Shown here in pieces: positions 1 through 10,926 of a stretch of DNA of 64,000 bases (within the stretch, counting starts at the first letter, position 1; each line of letters starts with the position of its first letter). The stretch is from an uncultured Thermoleophilia bacterium (GTDB lineage: Bacteria; Actinomycetota; Thermoleophilia; UBA2241): NCBI GenBank assembly GCA_963702475.1, contig CAVPCT010000005.1, forward strand, positions 736,001-800,000, read 5' to 3'. The notes beneath the pieces are model-generated. The model did not search any database. It had not been told where the DNA came from and was given only the letters and a program-made list of their open reading frames with translations. The position numbers and the translations under genes are program-made.

Positions 1-623
1 ACCTCGGCTTCCTCGCGCCGCGGCTCGCGGAGGCACGGCGCGTGCTGGCCGCCGACGGCTCGCTGTTCTTCCACATCGACAGCCGCGAGGCCCACTACTG
101 CAAGATCCTGCTCGACGGGATCTTCGGGCGCGCTGCGTTCCTCAACGAGATCGTCTGGGCCTACGACTACGGAGGCCGGCCCCGCTCCCGCTGGCCGGCC
201 AAGCACGACACCATCTTCTGGTACGTGGCCGACCCGCTCCGCTACGTGTTCCGCTACGACGACATCGACCGCATCCCCTACCTGGCGCCGGGGCTGGTCG
301 GCCCCGAGAAGGCCGCGCGCGGCAAGACGCCCACCGATGTGTGGTGGCTCACCATCGTGAGCCCGACCGGCAAGGAGAAGACCGGGTACCCCACTCAGAA
401 GCCGATCAAGCTGCTGGAGCGCATCGTGAGCGTGCACTCCGACCCCGGCGACCTCGTTCTGGACTTCTTCGCCGGCAGCGGGACGACGGGGGAGGCCGCC
501 GCCCGGCTGGGGCGCGCGTACCTGCTGGTGGACGACAACCCGGAGGCGGTGCAGGTGATGGCGACTCGACTCGCCTGGGATGGGCCGGAGGTGGTCGTCC
601 TGCCGGCGCCGGAAGAGCCCTGA
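1..623 (+). CDS. Site-specific DNA methyltransferase, N6A/N4C family (5' partial)
   Basis: Frame open from the window edge; motifs YPTQKPIKLLERIV and VLDFFAGSGTT (SAM-binding FxGxG). Confidence 0.9.
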   Translation, partial: LGFLAPRLAEARRVLAADGSLFFHIDSREAHYCKILLDGIFGRAAFLNEIVWAYDYGGRPRSRWPAKHDTIFWYVADPLRYVFRYDDIDRIPYLAPGLVGPEKAARGKTPTDVWWLTIVSPTGKEKTGYPTQKPIKLLERIVSVHSDPGDLVLDFFAGSGTTGEAAARLGRAYLLVDDNPEAVQVMATRLAWDGPEVVVLPAPEEP

Positions 624-629
624 ACGACG

Positions 630-659
630 GAGGGGCCGGCTCTCGCGAGTCGGCCCCTC
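630..659. terminator. Hairpin between convergent MTase and ferredoxin genes
   Basis: GAGGGGCCGGCTC-tcgc-GAGTCGGCCCCTC inverted repeat. Confidence 0.6.
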
Positions 660-685
660 ACAAGCTCAGGCGTTGTGCGTGTACC

Positions 686-940
<255 letters not shown>

Positions 941-1957
941 TCAAGAAAGCTCGCGGTCGTCGGGGTAGAGCTCCACGAGCGCCACGGCCGCCGCCCCGAT
1001 GAAGCCGGCGTCGGGGCCGAGAGCGGCCGGGACGACGCGCACCTGATCACGTTGCGGTCGCAGGCCGCGGGCGGCCAGCACACGCCGGGCAGGCCCGAAC
1101 AGCAGCTCGCCGGCGGCGGCCGCGCCCCCGCCTATCACGATGAGTTCGGGATTGAAGACGTTGACGAGCGTCACGAGCCCGGCGCCGAGCAGCTCGCCGA
1201 TACCGGCGAGCACCTCCGCGGCGCCGGGGTCGCCGGCGAGCGCCAGCCGCGTGAGCAGTGGACCGTCGACCCTCTCGCCGGCGGCGAGCGCCCGGCCCAG
1301 ACCGGACCCGGGGTGCTCGATGGCGTAGGCGAGAGCGGCCTTGCCCATGGCCGGCCCCGCCACGAAGGCCTCGAGACAGCCGTGGTTGGGGCAGTTCGCG
1401 GGACACGGCGGGCCGTCGACGTCGACGATGATGTGACCCAACTCGGCGGCGGCGCCACTCGAGCCCCGGTAGAGACGGCCGCCGCAGACGATCCCCCCGC
1501 CGACGCCCGTGCCCAGCGTGAGCATGAGCATGTCGCGGCTACCCACGCCGGCCCCGAAGACGGCCTCGCCCAGGGCGGCCGCGTTGGCGTCGTTGTCCAC
1601 GACCACCGGGATCCCCAGGCGGGCCTCCAGAAGGTCGCGCAGCGGGACGTCGGCGAGCGGGAGGTTCACAGATTCGACGACGCGGCCGGCAGCGAAGTCG
1701 ACCATGGATGCCACTCCCACGCCCACGGCATCCACGGCCTCCCCGGCCACGAGGTGGTCCACGCACTCGGCGACCGAAGCGAGACAGGCCTCGCGGGAGG
1801 ACAACTCGGTGGCCGTCGTGAACCGCGCCTCCAGGCGTGGCGTCTCTTCGGGAGTGAGCGAACGCGACCCCGCCGCGGGCAGACGCGCACGGAGGAGCGC
1901 GGCGGCGATCTTGGTGCCGCCGATGTCGACACCCACGATGGTGCGTCTGGGACCCAC
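941..1957 (-). CDS. ROK-family sugar kinase (glucokinase-like)
   Basis: GVDIGGTKI, DNDANAAALGE, LGTGVGGG, ELGH and a Cys-rich CPANCPNHGCLE motif; start (GTG 1957) inferred. Confidence 0.88.
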   Translation of the reverse strand: MGPRRTIVGVDIGGTKIAAALLRARLPAAGSRSLTPEETPRLEARFTTATELSSREACLASVAECVDHLVAGEAVDAVGVGVASMVDFAAGRVVESVNLPLADVPLRDLLEARLGIPVVVDNDANAAALGEAVFGAGVGSRDMLMLTLGTGVGGGIVCGGRLYRGSSGAAAELGHIIVDVDGPPCPANCPNHGCLEAFVAGPAMGKAALAYAIEHPGSGLGRALAAGERVDGPLLTRLALAGDPGAAEVLAGIGELLGAGLVTLVNVFNPELIVIGGGAAAAGELLFGPARRVLAARGLRPQRDQVRVVPAALGPDAGFIGAAAVALVELYPDDRELS

Positions 1958-2101
1958 GACGTTCCCGAGCTTACCATTGGTGTACACTCGCGGCTGCAGG
2001 AAACGCCCGCCTGGAGGCGTAGTCAGGCGCAAGGCCGAACGCCCCGCTCCCCGTGACCATCCCGACGCTGGGCCGTGCCTGCGCAGGAGCGCGAGCAGCT
2101 G

Positions 2102-3277
2102 ATGCGAGACGACGACAACTCGGGCCCCAAGCCCTACAGGACATACAAGGCCGGCCGCGCCAGGCGCACCTCCCTCGACGACGAGCTGGCCGGCGTGAGG
2201 CCCTCCAGCCGGCCGCATCCTGTCTCATCCAGCGATCCCCGTGACTCCCGCGACGACGGGCGGCGCGGCGTGGACGGAGCCGATGTCGCCGCCTCGGGCG
2301 GGTACAACCGCTACGCGGCGACCGCGCCCGGCGATGCGGCGCCCAAGGGACCCCGTGGACGTCGGCGGTTCCGCTGGTGGTTCATCCCCGTCGGCCTGCT
2401 GATCGCGATCGTCGTGGCCGGGGTCGTCGTCACCGTGATCGCCTGGCCGGGGTACCAGAAGTTCGACCGGGCCGTCGACAAGGCCAACACGCGCGTCGAC
2501 AGCAGGACCCGCGCCCAGCTGAGCCCGGACACGGGCTGGATCTGGCGCAAGGGCACCACCATCCTGCTCTTCGGGGTGGACAGCAAGGCCGGTGAGCCGG
2601 CGCGCTCAGACACCATCCTGCTGATGCGCTTCAACCCGGGCACGAAGACGATCAACCAGCTGTCGATCCCGCGCGACACCCGTGTGCAGCTCCCCAACGG
2701 TACCGTCGACAAGATCAACGCGGCCATGTTCTGGGGCGGCCCGGCCATGGCGGTCCAGACCGTGGAGGAGTTCACCGGCATCCCCGTGAACCACGTCATG
2801 ATCGTGGACTTCAAGGGCTTCCCGCGCCTCGTCAACGCCACGGGCGGCGTCGACATGTACGTCCCCAAGACCGTCAGCACGGTGGCGGGGTCCGCCGGGC
2901 GCACCGTGACCTTCAAGAAGGGCACGCACCACTTCGACGGCAAGAACGCCATGCTCTACGTGCGCATCCGCTACGCCGACGACGACTTCCACCGCGCGGC
3001 GCGCCAGCAGGCCTTCGTGCAGGCGCTCCAGAAGAAGATCGCGCAGCCCGGCAACATCACGAAGCTGCCGGAGATCGGCAAGAGGTTCATGAGCGGCGTA
3101 GCCACCGATCTCACCACCAACGAGCTCCTGCAGCTCGCCTTCCTCAAGTGGCGGGCCAAGGGCGGCAAGAAGCTGGTGATGGAGGGCACGCCGGGCTACG
3201 AGGGCGGCGTCGCGTACGTGTTCCCGCCCGACGCGGCCGAGAAGGAGAAGCTCATCAGCAGGTTCCTCGGGCGCTGA
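2102..3277 (+). CDS. LCP (LytR-CpsA-Psr) family cell-wall glycopolymer transferase
   Basis: Single N-terminal TM; RSDTILL, SIPRDT, KINAA, YVRIR, DFHRAARQQ motifs. Confidence 0.9.
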   Translation: MRDDDNSGPKPYRTYKAGRARRTSLDDELAGVRPSSRPHPVSSSDPRDSRDDGRRGVDGADVAASGGYNRYAATAPGDAAPKGPRGRRRFRWWFIPVGLLIAIVVAGVVVTVIAWPGYQKFDRAVDKANTRVDSRTRAQLSPDTGWIWRKGTTILLFGVDSKAGEPARSDTILLMRFNPGTKTINQLSIPRDTRVQLPNGTVDKINAAMFWGGPAMAVQTVEEFTGIPVNHVMIVDFKGFPRLVNATGGVDMYVPKTVSTVAGSAGRTVTFKKGTHHFDGKNAMLYVRIRYADDDFHRAARQQAFVQALQKKIAQPGNITKLPEIGKRFMSGVATDLTTNELLQLAFLKWRAKGGKKLVMEGTPGYEGGVAYVFPPDAAEKEKLISRFLGR

Positions 3278-3337
3278 CACGGCCCCTTCTCAGCCCGGGG
3301 TGCCCCTGCCGCGCACCACTCGCTGAGGCCTCTGGCG

Positions 3338-4147
3338 TCAGTACTCCACAGCGACGAGCGCCAGACCGCGCGCCGGCGCCGTCTGCCCGGCCCGGCGGCG
3401 CTCCCTGCTCTCCAGTGCGGCCGCGAGGCCGCCGACGGTCATGCGTCCCTGAGCGACGTCGACCATGGACCCCACGGCGACCCGCACCATGGTGTGCAAG
3501 AAGCTGCCGGCGCGGATGGTGAACACCCGCTCCGCGCCGGCCGGCACGCCGGGCGCGGCCGGGGCCGGCGCCCACCCCGCCTCAAGGACCTCCCTCACGC
3601 AGCTGTGGTATGCGTGCGCCGACGGCGTGAGCGCCGCGAAGTCGCGCCGGCCGGGCAGCAACGCCGCCGCCTCCGCCAGCAGCTCCACGTCCACCGGCCC
3701 GCGCACCTGCCAGACGAAGGCCCGGTCGCGGACCGGACGGGCGCGCGAGAGCCATAGACGGTACTCGTAGGTGCGCGAGACGGCTTCGCGCGCGACGAAG
3801 CCGGCAGGCGCCTGCGCCACGCGCAGCACGGAGACGTCGTCCGGGAGCAGTCCGTTGAGGGAACGCAGCAGGCCCTCCGGGCGCAGGTCGCGGGCCACAC
3901 AGCGGTACGAGGCGACCTGCGCCCAGGCGTGCACTCCGGCGTCGGTGCGCCCGGCGACGCTGAGGCGCACCGTCTCGCGCAGCACCTTCCCCAGAGCCTC
4001 CTCCAGCAAGCCCTGCACGGTGCGCTCGCCGGGCTGGCGCGCCCAGCCGCGATAGGCCGTGCCCTCGTACGAGAGGTCGAGCCGCCAGGTCGTGCCCGGC
4101 TCCTCGGCCTCGGGTGACTCCGTCTCGATCAACGGATCGTTCGACAC
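3338..4147 (-). CDS. truA: tRNA pseudouridine(38-40) synthase
   Basis: YEGTAYRGW, AGRTDAGVHA, SFLHTMVR, TAPARGL; start inferred from RBS. Confidence 0.92.
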   Translation of the reverse strand: MSNDPLIETESPEAEEPGTTWRLDLSYEGTAYRGWARQPGERTVQGLLEEALGKVLRETVRLSVAGRTDAGVHAWAQVASYRCVARDLRPEGLLRSLNGLLPDDVSVLRVAQAPAGFVAREAVSRTYEYRLWLSRARPVRDRAFVWQVRGPVDVELLAEAAALLPGRRDFAALTPSAHAYHSCVREVLEAGWAPAPAAPGVPAGAERVFTIRAGSFLHTMVRVAVGSMVDVAQGRMTVGGLAAALESRERRRAGQTAPARGLALVAVEY

Positions 4148-4211
4148 CAGCACCTCTCCCGATCCCGCCTTGCGCGAGCACCGTGCAAGGCGGGGGTCCG
4201 CTGCGGGCATC

Positions 4212-4997
4212 CTACAGGAGCAGTCCGACGGCGATGATGGTCGCCGTGAGCAGGAGCAGCACGGCGTCGGCCGGACGGGCGTGCAGCGGGTAGAGGCGAG
4301 TGCGCACCACGCCGGGGCGGTAGCAGCGGGCCTCCATGGCGACGGCGAGGTCGTCGGCACGGCGGAAGCTCAGCACGAACAGCGGCACCAAGACGGGGAC
4401 AAGCGCCTTGGCCCTCGTCAGCGGTCCCCCGCTGCTGAAGTCGGCGCCGCGGGCGCGTTGCGCGCGCATGATCGTCTCGAGCTCCATCAACAACGTGGGG
4501 ATGAAACGCAGGGCGATCGTCACCATGAGCGCCAGCTCATCGGTGGGCACGCGGAGGCGACGCAGCGGCCGGCCCAGCCAGGCGAGGCCGTCGGTGAGTG
4601 CGATCGGCGGCGTGGTGAGGGTGAGCACCGAGCCGACGAGCACGAGCACCACGAGGCGCAGGGTGAGGTACGCGGCCGTCTGCACGCCCCCCCAGGACAG
4701 GTGCAGGGGCCCGAAGCTCCAGAACGCCTCGTCGGCGGGCGCGAACAGCACCTGCACCACGAAGGTGAGCCCCACCAGCCACAACAGCGGACGGAAGGCT
4801 CGCCAGAACCACACCGCCGGCACGCCGCTGAGCAGGTAGGCGACGAGCGAGGCGGCGGCGTAGAAGCCGAGGGCCAGAAAGGAGTCACGCACGAAGAGCG
4901 CCACAGCCACGGCCGAGACCGCCACGAACTTGGTCCTGGGGTCGAGGCGGTGGATGACCGACGCACCCGGGTAGTACTGCGCGATGGCCGCCTTCAC
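4212..4997 (-). CDS. ecfT: ECF transporter transmembrane component
   Basis: HRLDPRTK, ALRFIP, AQRARG, AMEARCY motifs. Confidence 0.92.
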   Translation of the reverse strand: MKAAIAQYYPGASVIHRLDPRTKFVAVSAVAVALFVRDSFLALGFYAAASLVAYLLSGVPAVWFWRAFRPLLWLVGLTFVVQVLFAPADEAFWSFGPLHLSWGGVQTAAYLTLRLVVLVLVGSVLTLTTPPIALTDGLAWLGRPLRRLRVPTDELALMVTIALRFIPTLLMELETIMRAQRARGADFSSGGPLTRAKALVPVLVPLFVLSFRRADDLAVAMEARCYRPGVVRTRLYPLHARPADAVLLLLTATIIAVGLLL

Positions 4998-5851
4998 ACG
5001 AGGACCTCAGCAGCAGCCGCCACCGTCCGCGGCGCCAGAGACGGGTCGCGGCCGAGGCGCCGCCAGAGCTGCACGAGGAACGGTTCGCGCAGGCGCCCGG
5101 CCACGTCGAGTCCGCCGGAGGACCCGAAGTCCCAGGCGCCGGCGGTCACGACCTTCCCGTGCCCCAGCACGAGATGCTCCTCGCACAGGGCCCATGCCAG
5201 GTCGACGTCGTGCGTGGCGAGGACGACGGTCACACCGCCGGACCGTAGCCGCTCGAGGACCGCGACGAGGTCGCGCCGTGTGCGCGGGTCCAGGCTCACG
5301 AACGGTTCGTCGAGCAGCAGCAGACGCGGCTTCATGGCAAGGACGCCGGCGAGTGCCAGCCGCCGCCGCTCGCCGCCCGACAGCGCGTACGGGTGCCGAT
5401 CGGCGAACTGCGCCGGGGCGAGACCGACCAGGTCGAGCGCCTCGTCGACGGCCGCGTTCACGACTTCCCCGCTCCACCCCAGACGGCGCGGGCCGAAGGC
5501 CACGTCTTCACGGGCCGAGGCAGCGAACAGCTGCAGCTCGGCCGTCTGGAACACCAGGCCGGTCTGGCGCCGGGCGAGCGCGTAAGCGCGGTCGCCCGGC
5601 CTGAGCCCGTCGAGCACCACCGCTCCGCTCTCCGCCTCGTCCAGGCCCTTCACCACCTGCAGCAGTGTCGACTTACCGGCGCCCGAGGCGCCGAGCAGGG
5701 CCAGCGAGCCGCCCGGCGCCAGACTGAAGCTGACGTCGCGCAAGGCAGGCAGCCTCTCCCTCGCCTCTTCGTAGCTGAAGGCCAAGGCCTCGCACGCCAG
5801 GCTCATGCCCGGAGAGGCCGCGATGCCGCCGGCGGGCGTCGCGGCGCTCAT
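4994..5851 (-). CDS. ecfA2: ECF transporter ATPase A2
   Basis: Walker A GASGAGKST, LSGGERRR, LLLDEP; adjacent to ecfT. Confidence 0.88.
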   Translation of the reverse strand: MSAATPAGGIAASPGMSLACEALAFSYEEARERLPALRDVSFSLAPGGSLALLGASGAGKSTLLQVVKGLDEAESGAVVLDGLRPGDRAYALARRQTGLVFQTAELQLFAASAREDVAFGPRRLGWSGEVVNAAVDEALDLVGLAPAQFADRHPYALSGGERRRLALAGVLAMKPRLLLLDEPFVSLDPRTRRDLVAVLERLRSGGVTVVLATHDVDLAWALCEEHLVLGHGKVVTAGAWDFGSSGGLDVAGRLREPFLVQLWRRLGRDPSLAPRTVAAAAEVLV

Positions 5852-6699
5852 CAGGGCACTTCCAGCGCGCGCGCCAGCTCGTCCAGCGTGAGTGGCGGCC
5901 CGGCGAGCTCACGACCGCGCTCCGCGAGCGCCAGCGCGAGCTCTCCCGCCGGAGGCAGCCCGAGCCCGAGGCGGCGCAGCAGCGCATGGTCGCCGTACAG
6001 ACCGCGTACGGGGCCATCATAGGTGACGGCGCCCCGCTCCAGCGCCACCACCCGGTCCGCGCCGACGGCTTCGTCCATCTCCTGTGTCACGAACACGATG
6101 GAAAGCCCCTCGCTCCGGAGCCCTTCGACGGCGCCCAGCACTTCCTGCCGTCCGGCGGGGTCGAGCATGGCCGTGGGCTCGTCGAGCACGAGGACACGGC
6201 GCGGAACGGCGAGGACGCCGGCGAGCGCCGTGCGCTGCTTCTGCCCCCCCGAGAGCAGATGCGGCTCGCGCCGGCGCAGGTCCTCCAGCCAGAACCTGGC
6301 CAGCATCTCGTCCACCCGTTCGCGGATCTCGTGCGGCGGCCAGGCGAGATTCTCGAGGCCGAAGGCGATGTCCTCCTCCACGCACTGCGCCACGAGCTGG
6401 TTCTCCGGGTCCTGGAAGAGCACCCCGACGTCCTGCCGCGCCGCCACCCTGCCCTCCTCAGTGAGGAGATCGTGACCGCAGGCGACGGCCGCGACGCCCC
6501 CGGTGGGCCGCTCCAGCCCGCCGAGGATACGCGCGAGCGTGGACTTGCCGGAGCCGTTGGCGCCGACCAGGGCGACGAACTCCCCGGCCGCCACGCACAG
6601 ATCCACGCCCGTGAGCGCGTCGCTCTCTGCGCCCGGGTAGCGATACTGCAGACCGGATACGGAGAGGACGGCGGAGGTCTGGGCGAAGGCATGGCTCAT
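5851..6699 (-). CDS. ecfA1: ECF transporter ATPase A1
   Basis: GANGSGKST, FQDPENQ, LSGGQKQR, LDEPTAMLDP. Confidence 0.9.
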   Translation of the reverse strand: MSHAFAQTSAVLSVSGLQYRYPGAESDALTGVDLCVAAGEFVALVGANGSGKSTLARILGGLERPTGGVAAVACGHDLLTEEGRVAARQDVGVLFQDPENQLVAQCVEEDIAFGLENLAWPPHEIRERVDEMLARFWLEDLRRREPHLLSGGQKQRTALAGVLAVPRRVLVLDEPTAMLDPAGRQEVLGAVEGLRSEGLSIVFVTQEMDEAVGADRVVALERGAVTYDGPVRGLYGDHALLRRLGLGLPPAGELALALAERGRELAGPPLTLDELARALEVP

Positions 6700-6821
6700 G
6701 ACTGCCGAAGCTTAGCGCATCGCCGCCAAGGGCCCGGCGGGCCCTGCGCGCAGGCCGCTCGGACGCCGGGTCGTCACGCCGGCCGAGGCGTGGCGGCGAG
6801 TGCCCGCACCACACAACGACG

Positions 6822-6859
6822 CGAGGGGCGGGAGGCCCTTGCGGCCGCCCGCCCCTCGC
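6822..6859 (-). terminator. GC-rich hairpin after rplQ
   Basis: GCGAGGGGCGG...CCGCCCCTCGC inverted repeat just downstream of the rplQ stop. Confidence 0.55.
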
Positions 6860-6879
6860 CCGAGCAGTCTGCTGTATGC

Positions 6880-7230
6880 CTAGACGAGCTCGATGTACGC
6901 CTGCTCGCTGCCGTCGCCGGGGCGCGGCCCGAGCTTGATGATGCGCGTGTAGCCTCCGTTGCGGTCCTTGTAGCGCGGCGCAACGTCGTTGAACAACTTG
7001 TAGACGATCTTCTTGTTGCGCAGCATGGCGATGGCCTGGCGCCGTGCGTGCAGGTCGCCGCGCTTGCCGAGCGTGATGGCCTCTTCGACCATGGGGCGCA
7101 CCTCTTTGGCGCGCATGACACCGGTCTTGACCTTCTCGTGCTCGAGCACCTGGCAGGCGAGACCCGAGATCAGCGACCGGCGCTGGTCGGGGGCCATGTT
7201 GAACTTGCGGCCTGACTTCTGATGGCGCAT
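6880..7230 (-). CDS. rplQ: 50S ribosomal protein L17
   Basis: MRHQKSGRK...GGYTRIIKLGPRPGDG; ATG 7230. Confidence 0.97.
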   Translation of the reverse strand: MRHQKSGRKFNMAPDQRRSLISGLACQVLEHEKVKTGVMRAKEVRPMVEEAITLGKRGDLHARRQAIAMLRNKKIVYKLFNDVAPRYKDRNGGYTRIIKLGPRPGDGSEQAYIELV

Positions 7231-7231
7231 G

Positions 7232-8179
7232 TTACTCGTCACCCCGCAGAGAGAGGCCCCGCTCGGCAAGCTTGTCCTTGACCTCGTCGATGCTCTTCTT
7301 GCCGAAATTCGGGATGTTGAGCAGCTCGGCCTCGGTCTTTGAGACCAGGTCGCCGACGGTCTGGATTCCCTCGCGCTTGAGGCAGTTGTACGAACGGACG
7401 CCGAGCTCGAGCTCCTCGATGAGCACGTCGTCCATGCCCCCACCGGCAGACGTCGCGGTAAGACCCTCTATGGGGTACTCCTCCGTGGACCGCGTGCGGT
7501 CGGGGTCGGTGAAGATCGACATGCGGTCCACGAGGATCTCGGCGGCCTCGCGCAGGGCTTCCTCCGGCATGAGGGCGCCGTTCGTGGTGATGTCGAGGAT
7601 GAGCTTGTCGTAGTCGGTGCGCTGGCCCACACGGGCGCTCTCGACGCGGTACGAGACGCGCTTGATGGGACTGAAGATGGAGTCGATCGGGACGACGCCG
7701 ATGACAGTCTCGGGCGTCTTGTTACCCTCGGCCGGCACGTACCCCGTGCCCCTGCGTACGGTGAGCATCATCTCGATCACGCCGCCGTCGGACAGGGTGG
7801 CGATGTGGTGATCCGGGTTCAGGATCTCGAGCTCGGCCGGGATGTCGATGTCGGCCGCCACGACCTTGCCGGGCTTGTCCTTGTACAGGCGCACCTGCAC
7901 TTCATCGAGCTCGCCGTGCAGACGGCACACGAGCTCTTTGAGGTTGAGGATGATATCGGTGACGTCTTCTTTGACGCCCTTGATGGTGGTGAACTCGTGG
8001 GCGACGCCCTCGATCTTCACCGAGCTCACCGCCGCGCCCTCGAGGGACGACAGGAGGACCCGGCGCAGCGCGTTGCCGAAGGTGTGCCCGAACCCGCGGT
8101 CGAGGGGTTCCACCTCGAAGCGCGCCCGGTTCGCGGCGAGCTGTTCGCGCGTGATGTTGGGCATCTGGAACTGGAGCAA
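7232..8179 (-). CDS. rpoA: RNA polymerase alpha subunit
   Basis: [22 protein letters not shown]; alpha-[18 protein letters not shown]. Confidence 0.98.
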   Translation of the reverse strand: MLQFQMPNITREQLAANRARFEVEPLDRGFGHTFGNALRRVLLSSLEGAAVSSVKIEGVAHEFTTIKGVKEDVTDIILNLKELVCRLHGELDEVQVRLYKDKPGKVVAADIDIPAELEILNPDHHIATLSDGGVIEMMLTVRRGTGYVPAEGNKTPETVIGVVPIDSIFSPIKRVSYRVESARVGQRTDYDKLILDITTNGALMPEEALREAAEILVDRMSIFTDPDRTRSTEEYPIEGLTATSAGGGMDDVLIEELELGVRSYNCLKREGIQTVGDLVSKTEAELLNIPNFGKKSIDEVKDKLAERGLSLRGDE

Positions 8180-8224
8180 CTGGCCTCCCTAGATGTGGTC
8201 TTCGCCGCGGGTCAGCTGCAGCGG

Positions 8225-8845
8225 TTACTTGCTGTAGAGCTCGACGATCAGCTGTTCCTGGACCGGGGTGTCGATCTCGTCGCGCGTAGGCGCGCGCAGG
8301 ATCTTGCCGGTGAGGTTGTCGTGGTCGACCAGCAGCCAGGGGGCCACGGACGACGTCAGGTCGGTGGCGGCGCGCACCGTCTCGGCGGCCTTGCTGTTGG
8401 GACGGACGGAGACGACGTCGTCGGGACGGACCTGGTACGACGGGATGTCTACCTTCTTGCCGTTGACCAGGAAGTGCTCGTGACGCACGAGCTGGCGGGC
8501 CTGACGGCGCGAGGCGCCGAAGCCGAGGCGGTACACCACGTTGTCGAGCCGCATCTCGAGCAGGGTGAGCAGGGTCTCACCGGTGATGCCCTGCTTGCGG
8601 CTGGCGACCTCGTAGTAGTGATGGAACTGCTTCTCGAGGACCTGGTAGTACCTGCGGGCCTTCTGCTTCTCGCGAAGCTGCAGGAGGTACTCGGACTGCT
8701 TGATGCGGCCGCGGCCGTGCTCACCCGGCGGGTACGAGCGACGCTCGACGGCACACTTGTCGGTCAGGCAGCGCTCTCCTTTCAGGAAGAGCTTCTCTGC
8801 CTCACGACGGCACTGCTTGCACTGGGCTGAGGTATCTCTCGCCAC
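8225..8845 (-). CDS. rpsD: 30S ribosomal protein S4 (Cys/Zn type)
   Basis: CKQCRRE...[13 protein letters not shown]...LIVELYSK. Confidence 0.98.
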   Translation of the reverse strand: MARDTSAQCKQCRREAEKLFLKGERCLTDKCAVERRSYPPGEHGRGRIKQSEYLLQLREKQKARRYYQVLEKQFHHYYEVASRKQGITGETLLTLLEMRLDNVVYRLGFGASRRQARQLVRHEHFLVNGKKVDIPSYQVRPDDVVSVRPNSKAAETVRAATDLTSSVAPWLLVDHDNLTGKILRAPTRDEIDTPVQEQLIVELYSK

Positions 8846-8855
8846 GTGGACCTTC

Positions 8856-9254
8856 CTAGACCCGGCGACGCTTACGCGGGCGGCAGCCGTTGTGCGGCAC
8901 CGGCGTCACGTCTTTGACACTGATGATCTCAAGGCCAGCGGCCTGGAGGGAACGCACGGCGGTCTCGCGGCCGGACCCCGGACCGCGCACGAACACCTCG
9001 ACTTTCTGGAGGCCGTGCTCCATGCCCTTCTTGGCACAGGACTCGGCCGTGACCTGGGCGGCGAACGGCGTGCTCTTGCGGGAGCCCTTGAAACCCACCG
9101 ACCCGGCGCTCTCCCACGCGATGACGTTGCCTTCCTTGTCGGTGAGGGTCACCAGCGTGTTGTTGAACGATGTCTTGATGTGCGCCTGACCGACCGCGAT
9201 GTTCTTGCGGACCTTACGGCGCTGACGCCCTTTGGCTCTCTGCGGCTTAGCCAC
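8856..9254 (-). CDS. rpsK: 30S ribosomal protein S11
   Basis: [23 protein letters not shown]. Confidence 0.98.
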   Translation of the reverse strand: MAKPQRAKGRQRRKVRKNIAVGQAHIKTSFNNTLVTLTDKEGNVIAWESAGSVGFKGSRKSTPFAAQVTAESCAKKGMEHGLQKVEVFVRGPGSGRETAVRSLQAAGLEIISVKDVTPVPHNGCRPRKRRRV

Positions 9255-9284
9255 TCTGTTCTACTCCTCTGGCCTGACTCGCGG

Positions 9285-9656
9285 TCACTTCTTGCGCTTG
9301 CCGCTGATGGTCCGCTTGGGACCCTTGCGGGTGCGGGCGTTGGTGCGCGTGCGCTGCCCGTCGACCGGCATGCCACGACGGTGGCGGATGCCGCGGTAGC
9401 AACCGATGTCCATGAGCCGCTTGATGTTCTGCGAGCGCTCGCGGCGCAGGTCGCCTTCGACCGTGACTTCACGGTCGATGGACTCGCGCAGGCGAACGAT
9501 CTCCTCTTCAGTCAGGTCGCGGACCTTGGTGTTGGGATCGATACCCACCAGGCCCAGCACCTTGTTGGACGTGGAGCGTCCGATGCCGTAGATGTAGGTG
9601 AGCCCGATCTCGACCCGCTTCTGCGGCGGGATGTTGACGCCTGCGATTCGTGCCAT
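9285..9656 (-). CDS. rpsM: 30S ribosomal protein S13
   Basis: [10 protein letters not shown]...[13 protein letters not shown]. Confidence 0.98.
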   Translation of the reverse strand: MARIAGVNIPPQKRVEIGLTYIYGIGRSTSNKVLGLVGIDPNTKVRDLTEEEIVRLRESIDREVTVEGDLRRERSQNIKRLMDIGCYRGIRHRRGMPVDGQRTRTNARTRKGPKRTISGKRKK

Positions 9657-9665
9657 GCGGAACCC

Positions 9666-9779
9666 TTACCCCTGCCTCTGACGATGGCGAGGATTGGCGC
9701 AGATCACCTGCACCGTGCCGTGACGGCGGATGATCTTGCACTTCTCACACATCGGCTTGACTGACGCTCTTACCTTCAT
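9666..9779 (-). CDS. rpmJ: 50S ribosomal protein L36 (absent from ORF track)
   Basis: Manual translation [37 protein letters not shown]. Confidence 0.97.
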   Translation of the reverse strand: MKVRASVKPMCEKCKIIRRHGTVQVICANPRHRQRQG

Positions 9780-9851
9780 CGGTCTTCCTCGCTCGAGCGT
9801 GCGGCGCGCCCTGTGGCACGCCGCACACCGCTTCCACGCGACCAGCGGCCG

Positions 9852-10073
9852 CTACTTGAACCGGTACGTGATCCTGCCCCTGCTGAGATCGTAGGGCGAA
9901 AGCTCGACCTTGACCCTGTCGCCGGGCAGGATGCGGATGTAGTTCATGCGCATCTTGCCGGAGATGTGGGCGAGCACTTCGTGGTTGTTGTCGAGGTGCA
10001 CCCGGAACATGGTGTTCGGGAGGGCCTCGATGACCTCACCTTCTATCTCGATGGCTTCTTCTTTGTTCGCCAT
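9852..10073 (-). CDS. infA: Translation initiation factor IF-1
   Basis: [25 protein letters not shown]. Confidence 0.98.
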   Translation of the reverse strand: MANKEEAIEIEGEVIEALPNTMFRVHLDNNHEVLAHISGKMRMNYIRILPGDRVKVELSPYDLSRGRITYRFK

Positions 10074-10150
10074 ACTCCCTACTCGTCGTCAGACAGCGGC
10101 CTGACATACTACCACACTCACGTAAGGCCGCAAAACACGACCCGGTCGCG

Positions 10151-10918
10151 TCACGCGCCGCTCTTCTCCGAGCGCCGGCGCGTCAGCACTCTCGGCTTCT
10201 TCTTGCCCACCGCGACGGTGTGCTCGAAGTGCGCCGAGAGCGAACCGTCCACCGTGGAGATGCTCCAGCCGTCGTCGGCCACGTACACTTCGTGCCCGCC
10301 GGCGTTGACCATGGGCTCGATGGCGAAGACCATGCCTTCTTCGAGCCGGGGCCCCCGATCGGGCTCCCCGTAGTTGGGTATCTGCGGGTCCTCGTGCATC
10401 TCGCGGCCGACGCCGTGGCCCACGAGGGAGCGCACGACGCTGAAGCCGGCCGCCTCCACGACCTCCTGCACGGCGTGCGAGACGTCGCCGAGACGCCGGC
10501 CCTCATGACACTCCGCCAGGGCCGCCTCGAGCGACTCGGCCGTCACGTCCAGGAGACGCTGCGCCTCCGGCTCCACGGCTCCCATGGCCAGCGTGATGGC
10601 CGAGTCGGCCACGTACCCGTCCAGGGTGACGCCGACGTCGATGCTGAGCACGTCACCCTCGCACGCACGGTAGGTACCGGGGATGCCGTGCACCACCATG
10701 TCGTTCGGCGATGTGCAGATGGACGCGGGAAAACCCCGGTAGCCGAGAAAGGTGGGCGCTCCGCCGCGCTTACGGATGAGACGCTCAGCCAGGCGGTCCA
10801 GCTCCTCCGTGGCGACACCCGGGCGCGCCTCTGCGGCGAGCATGTCGAGGCAGTCGGCCAGAATGACGCCGGCGGCGTCGATCTTCGCGACCTCTGCTGC
10901 GGACTTGCGGACGATCAC
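10151..10918 (-). CDS. map: Methionine aminopeptidase type I
   Basis: VVHGIP, GHGVGREMHEDP, FAIEPM, SAHFEHT. Confidence 0.97.
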   Translation of the reverse strand: MIVRKSAAEVAKIDAAGVILADCLDMLAAEARPGVATEELDRLAERLIRKRGGAPTFLGYRGFPASICTSPNDMVVHGIPGTYRACEGDVLSIDVGVTLDGYVADSAITLAMGAVEPEAQRLLDVTAESLEAALAECHEGRRLGDVSHAVQEVVEAAGFSVVRSLVGHGVGREMHEDPQIPNYGEPDRGPRLEEGMVFAIEPMVNAGGHEVYVADDGWSISTVDGSLSAHFEHTVAVGKKKPRVLTRRRSEKSGA

Positions 10919-10926
10919 GACTCAGT

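Noticed and set aside
1-623. Restriction-modification system
   Set aside because: No endonuclease downstream, and the upstream side is outside the window, so it cannot be supported.
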